Positions 5,000-5,649 of a DNA stretch of 5,649 bases are shown piece by piece (positions within the stretch are counted from its first letter, which is position 1; each line of letters begins with the position of its first letter). Below the pieces are notes generated by a model. That model was not told where the DNA came from. It saw only the letters and a list, made by a program, of their open reading frames with translations, and searched no databases. Source of the DNA: an archaeon. Lineage in GTDB: Archaea; Iainarchaeota; Iainarchaeia; Iainarchaeales; CSSED10-239. A program made the position numbers and the translations under genes. The stretch lies in contig JBAWVI010000062.1 in NCBI GenBank assembly GCA_037147375.1, forward strand, positions 1 through 5,649, written 5' to 3'.

Positions 5000-5554
5000 T
5001 TATACTTTATTTGTGTTTGTCTTCTTATAAATAAATATCACAAGTATAAACTCCAAGATTATCACAATAGGGAATATACTTCCAATCATACTCATTGCTG
5101 AAAAAGTTGCAACAAACAATGAAACTAAAGAACCACAAAGTAAAGCATATTTAATTATTCTATCCTTAATAGTTACAAATGCAAAGATTAAAGCCATTAA
5201 GAAGGTTAAAATAATTCTTTCTATATTTGTTTTATCTTGATATTTTGTGTAAGCTGCATTATATTCTTTATTACAATAATTGCAATCAAATTTACAATTT
5301 GGTTTATAGATTATATCTCCTTGATTTTGAGAACAAGTACTAAATTCATTATTATCATAATTACAATTTGTATCAGTTTGTGTAACTGGTGCATTCATAT
5401 AAACATACCCACAATTATTTTGTGGTGCTGAAATAAACAACTTATCTAAAGTAAACACAAATGCAATAATTAATGCAAAAACTAGTGCAAACATAATTAT
5501 GTTATAGATTGGTCTTTCAATAACTATATTTTTAGCTTTTATTTTCTTTTGCAT
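5000..5554 (-). CDS. Multi-pass membrane protein with a Cys/Asn-rich extracytoplasmic loop
   Basis: The 184-aa product has an N-terminal TM (IYNIIMFALVFALIIAFVF). A roughly 80-aa loop follows with six Cys (NNCGY, TNCNYD, STCSQ, PNCKFDCNYCNK), then three hydrophobic spans (IILTFLMALIFAFV, ALLCGSLVSLFVATF, IFPIVIILEFILVIFI). AGGA lies about 10 nt upstream of the ATG. I recognise no family. Confidence 0.65.
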   Translation of the reverse strand: MQKKIKAKNIVIERPIYNIIMFALVFALIIAFVFTLDKLFISAPQNNCGYVYMNAPVTQTDTNCNYDNNEFSTCSQNQGDIIYKPNCKFDCNYCNKEYNAAYTKYQDKTNIERIILTFLMALIFAFVTIKDRIIKYALLCGSLVSLFVATFSAMSMIGSIFPIVIILEFILVIFIYKKTNTNKV

Positions 5555-5589
5555 TTATTTATTCCTTTTCTAAATAAATAGATATTAAG

Positions 5590-5649
5590 CGCCTCGGGTA
5601 GGACTCGAACCTACAACCTATCGATTAACAGTCGATTGCTCCGCCATTG
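5590..5649 (-). tRNA. tRNA-Asn (anticodon GUU), 3' two-thirds; the 5' acceptor strand and part of the D-arm lie beyond the window
   Basis: The minus strand reads ...CAATGGCGGAGC A ATCGA CTGTTAA TCGAT AGGTT GTAGG TTCGAGT CCTAC CCGAGGC G. It has a 5-bp anticodon stem, a 7-nt loop with GTT at positions 34-36, a 5-nt variable loop, a T-arm with a TTCGAGT loop, a 7-nt acceptor 3' strand and discriminator G73, which fits Asn identity. No CCA is encoded and no intron is visible. Confidence 0.9.

Noticed and set aside
5237-5431. 64-aa plus-strand ORF
   Set aside because: It is antisense to the 184-aa membrane protein gene and is an I/F/C-rich shadow frame without a start context.
3994-5649. Integrated element delimited by direct repeats of the tRNA-Asn 3' end
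   Set aside because: I looked by eye for a copy of the tRNA-Asn 3' segment (ggttcgagtcctacccgaggcg or its complement) elsewhere in the window and found none. No integrase or transposase ORF is present. Element borders, if any, lie outside the window or are too degenerate to see.
1-5649. CRISPR arrays, rRNA genes, IS elements
   Set aside because: No regularly spaced direct repeats of 24-40 nt were seen, and no rRNA-like conserved GC-rich stretches. No transposase- or integrase-like ORF appears in any frame.

Overview
Strongly AT-rich window that looks archaeal, and DPANN-like or another small-genome archaeon is only an inference. The evidence is an archaeal-type GluRS with its N-terminal extension, an archaeal/eukaryal-type TyrRS, and many small lysine-rich or membrane ORFs with TATA-like boxes about 27 nt upstream of their start codons. 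Three translation genes frame the window: gltX (partial, 1..748, minus; missing from the ORF track because it runs off the edge), tyrS (1821..2903, minus) and a partial tRNA-Asn(GUU) (5590..5649, minus). Accessory genes sit between them. (a) A wHTH-fused minimal nucleotidyltransferase overlaps a HEPN-domain gene (781..1753), giving a HEPN/MNT toxin-antitoxin-like pair wedged between the two aaRS genes, with a perfect 11-bp inverted repeat over its promoter/RBS. (b) A 2-TM hairpin protein is translationally coupled to tyrS. (c) A small bitopic membrane protein carrying an HExxH motif is transcribed divergently from a 113-aa wHTH regulator, and the shared intergenic region holds three TAACTAA heptamers phased exactly 11 bp apart. 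(d) A 298-aa ORF6N (KilA-N-like) DNA-binding protein has a C-terminal half that reads like a single-motif PLD/Nuc-type domain with HxRxxxxD in place of HxKxxxxD. (e) A cysteine-rich multi-pass membrane protein lies at 5000..5554. I saw no CRISPR array, transposase, integrase or rRNA. The best candidates for an under-described system are the wHTH regulator + ORF6N-PLD-like gene pair (optionally with the HExxH membrane protein) and the wHTH-MNT/HEPN pair with a non-canonical HEPN motif. All homology statements come from motif recognition by eye and need profile searches to confirm.
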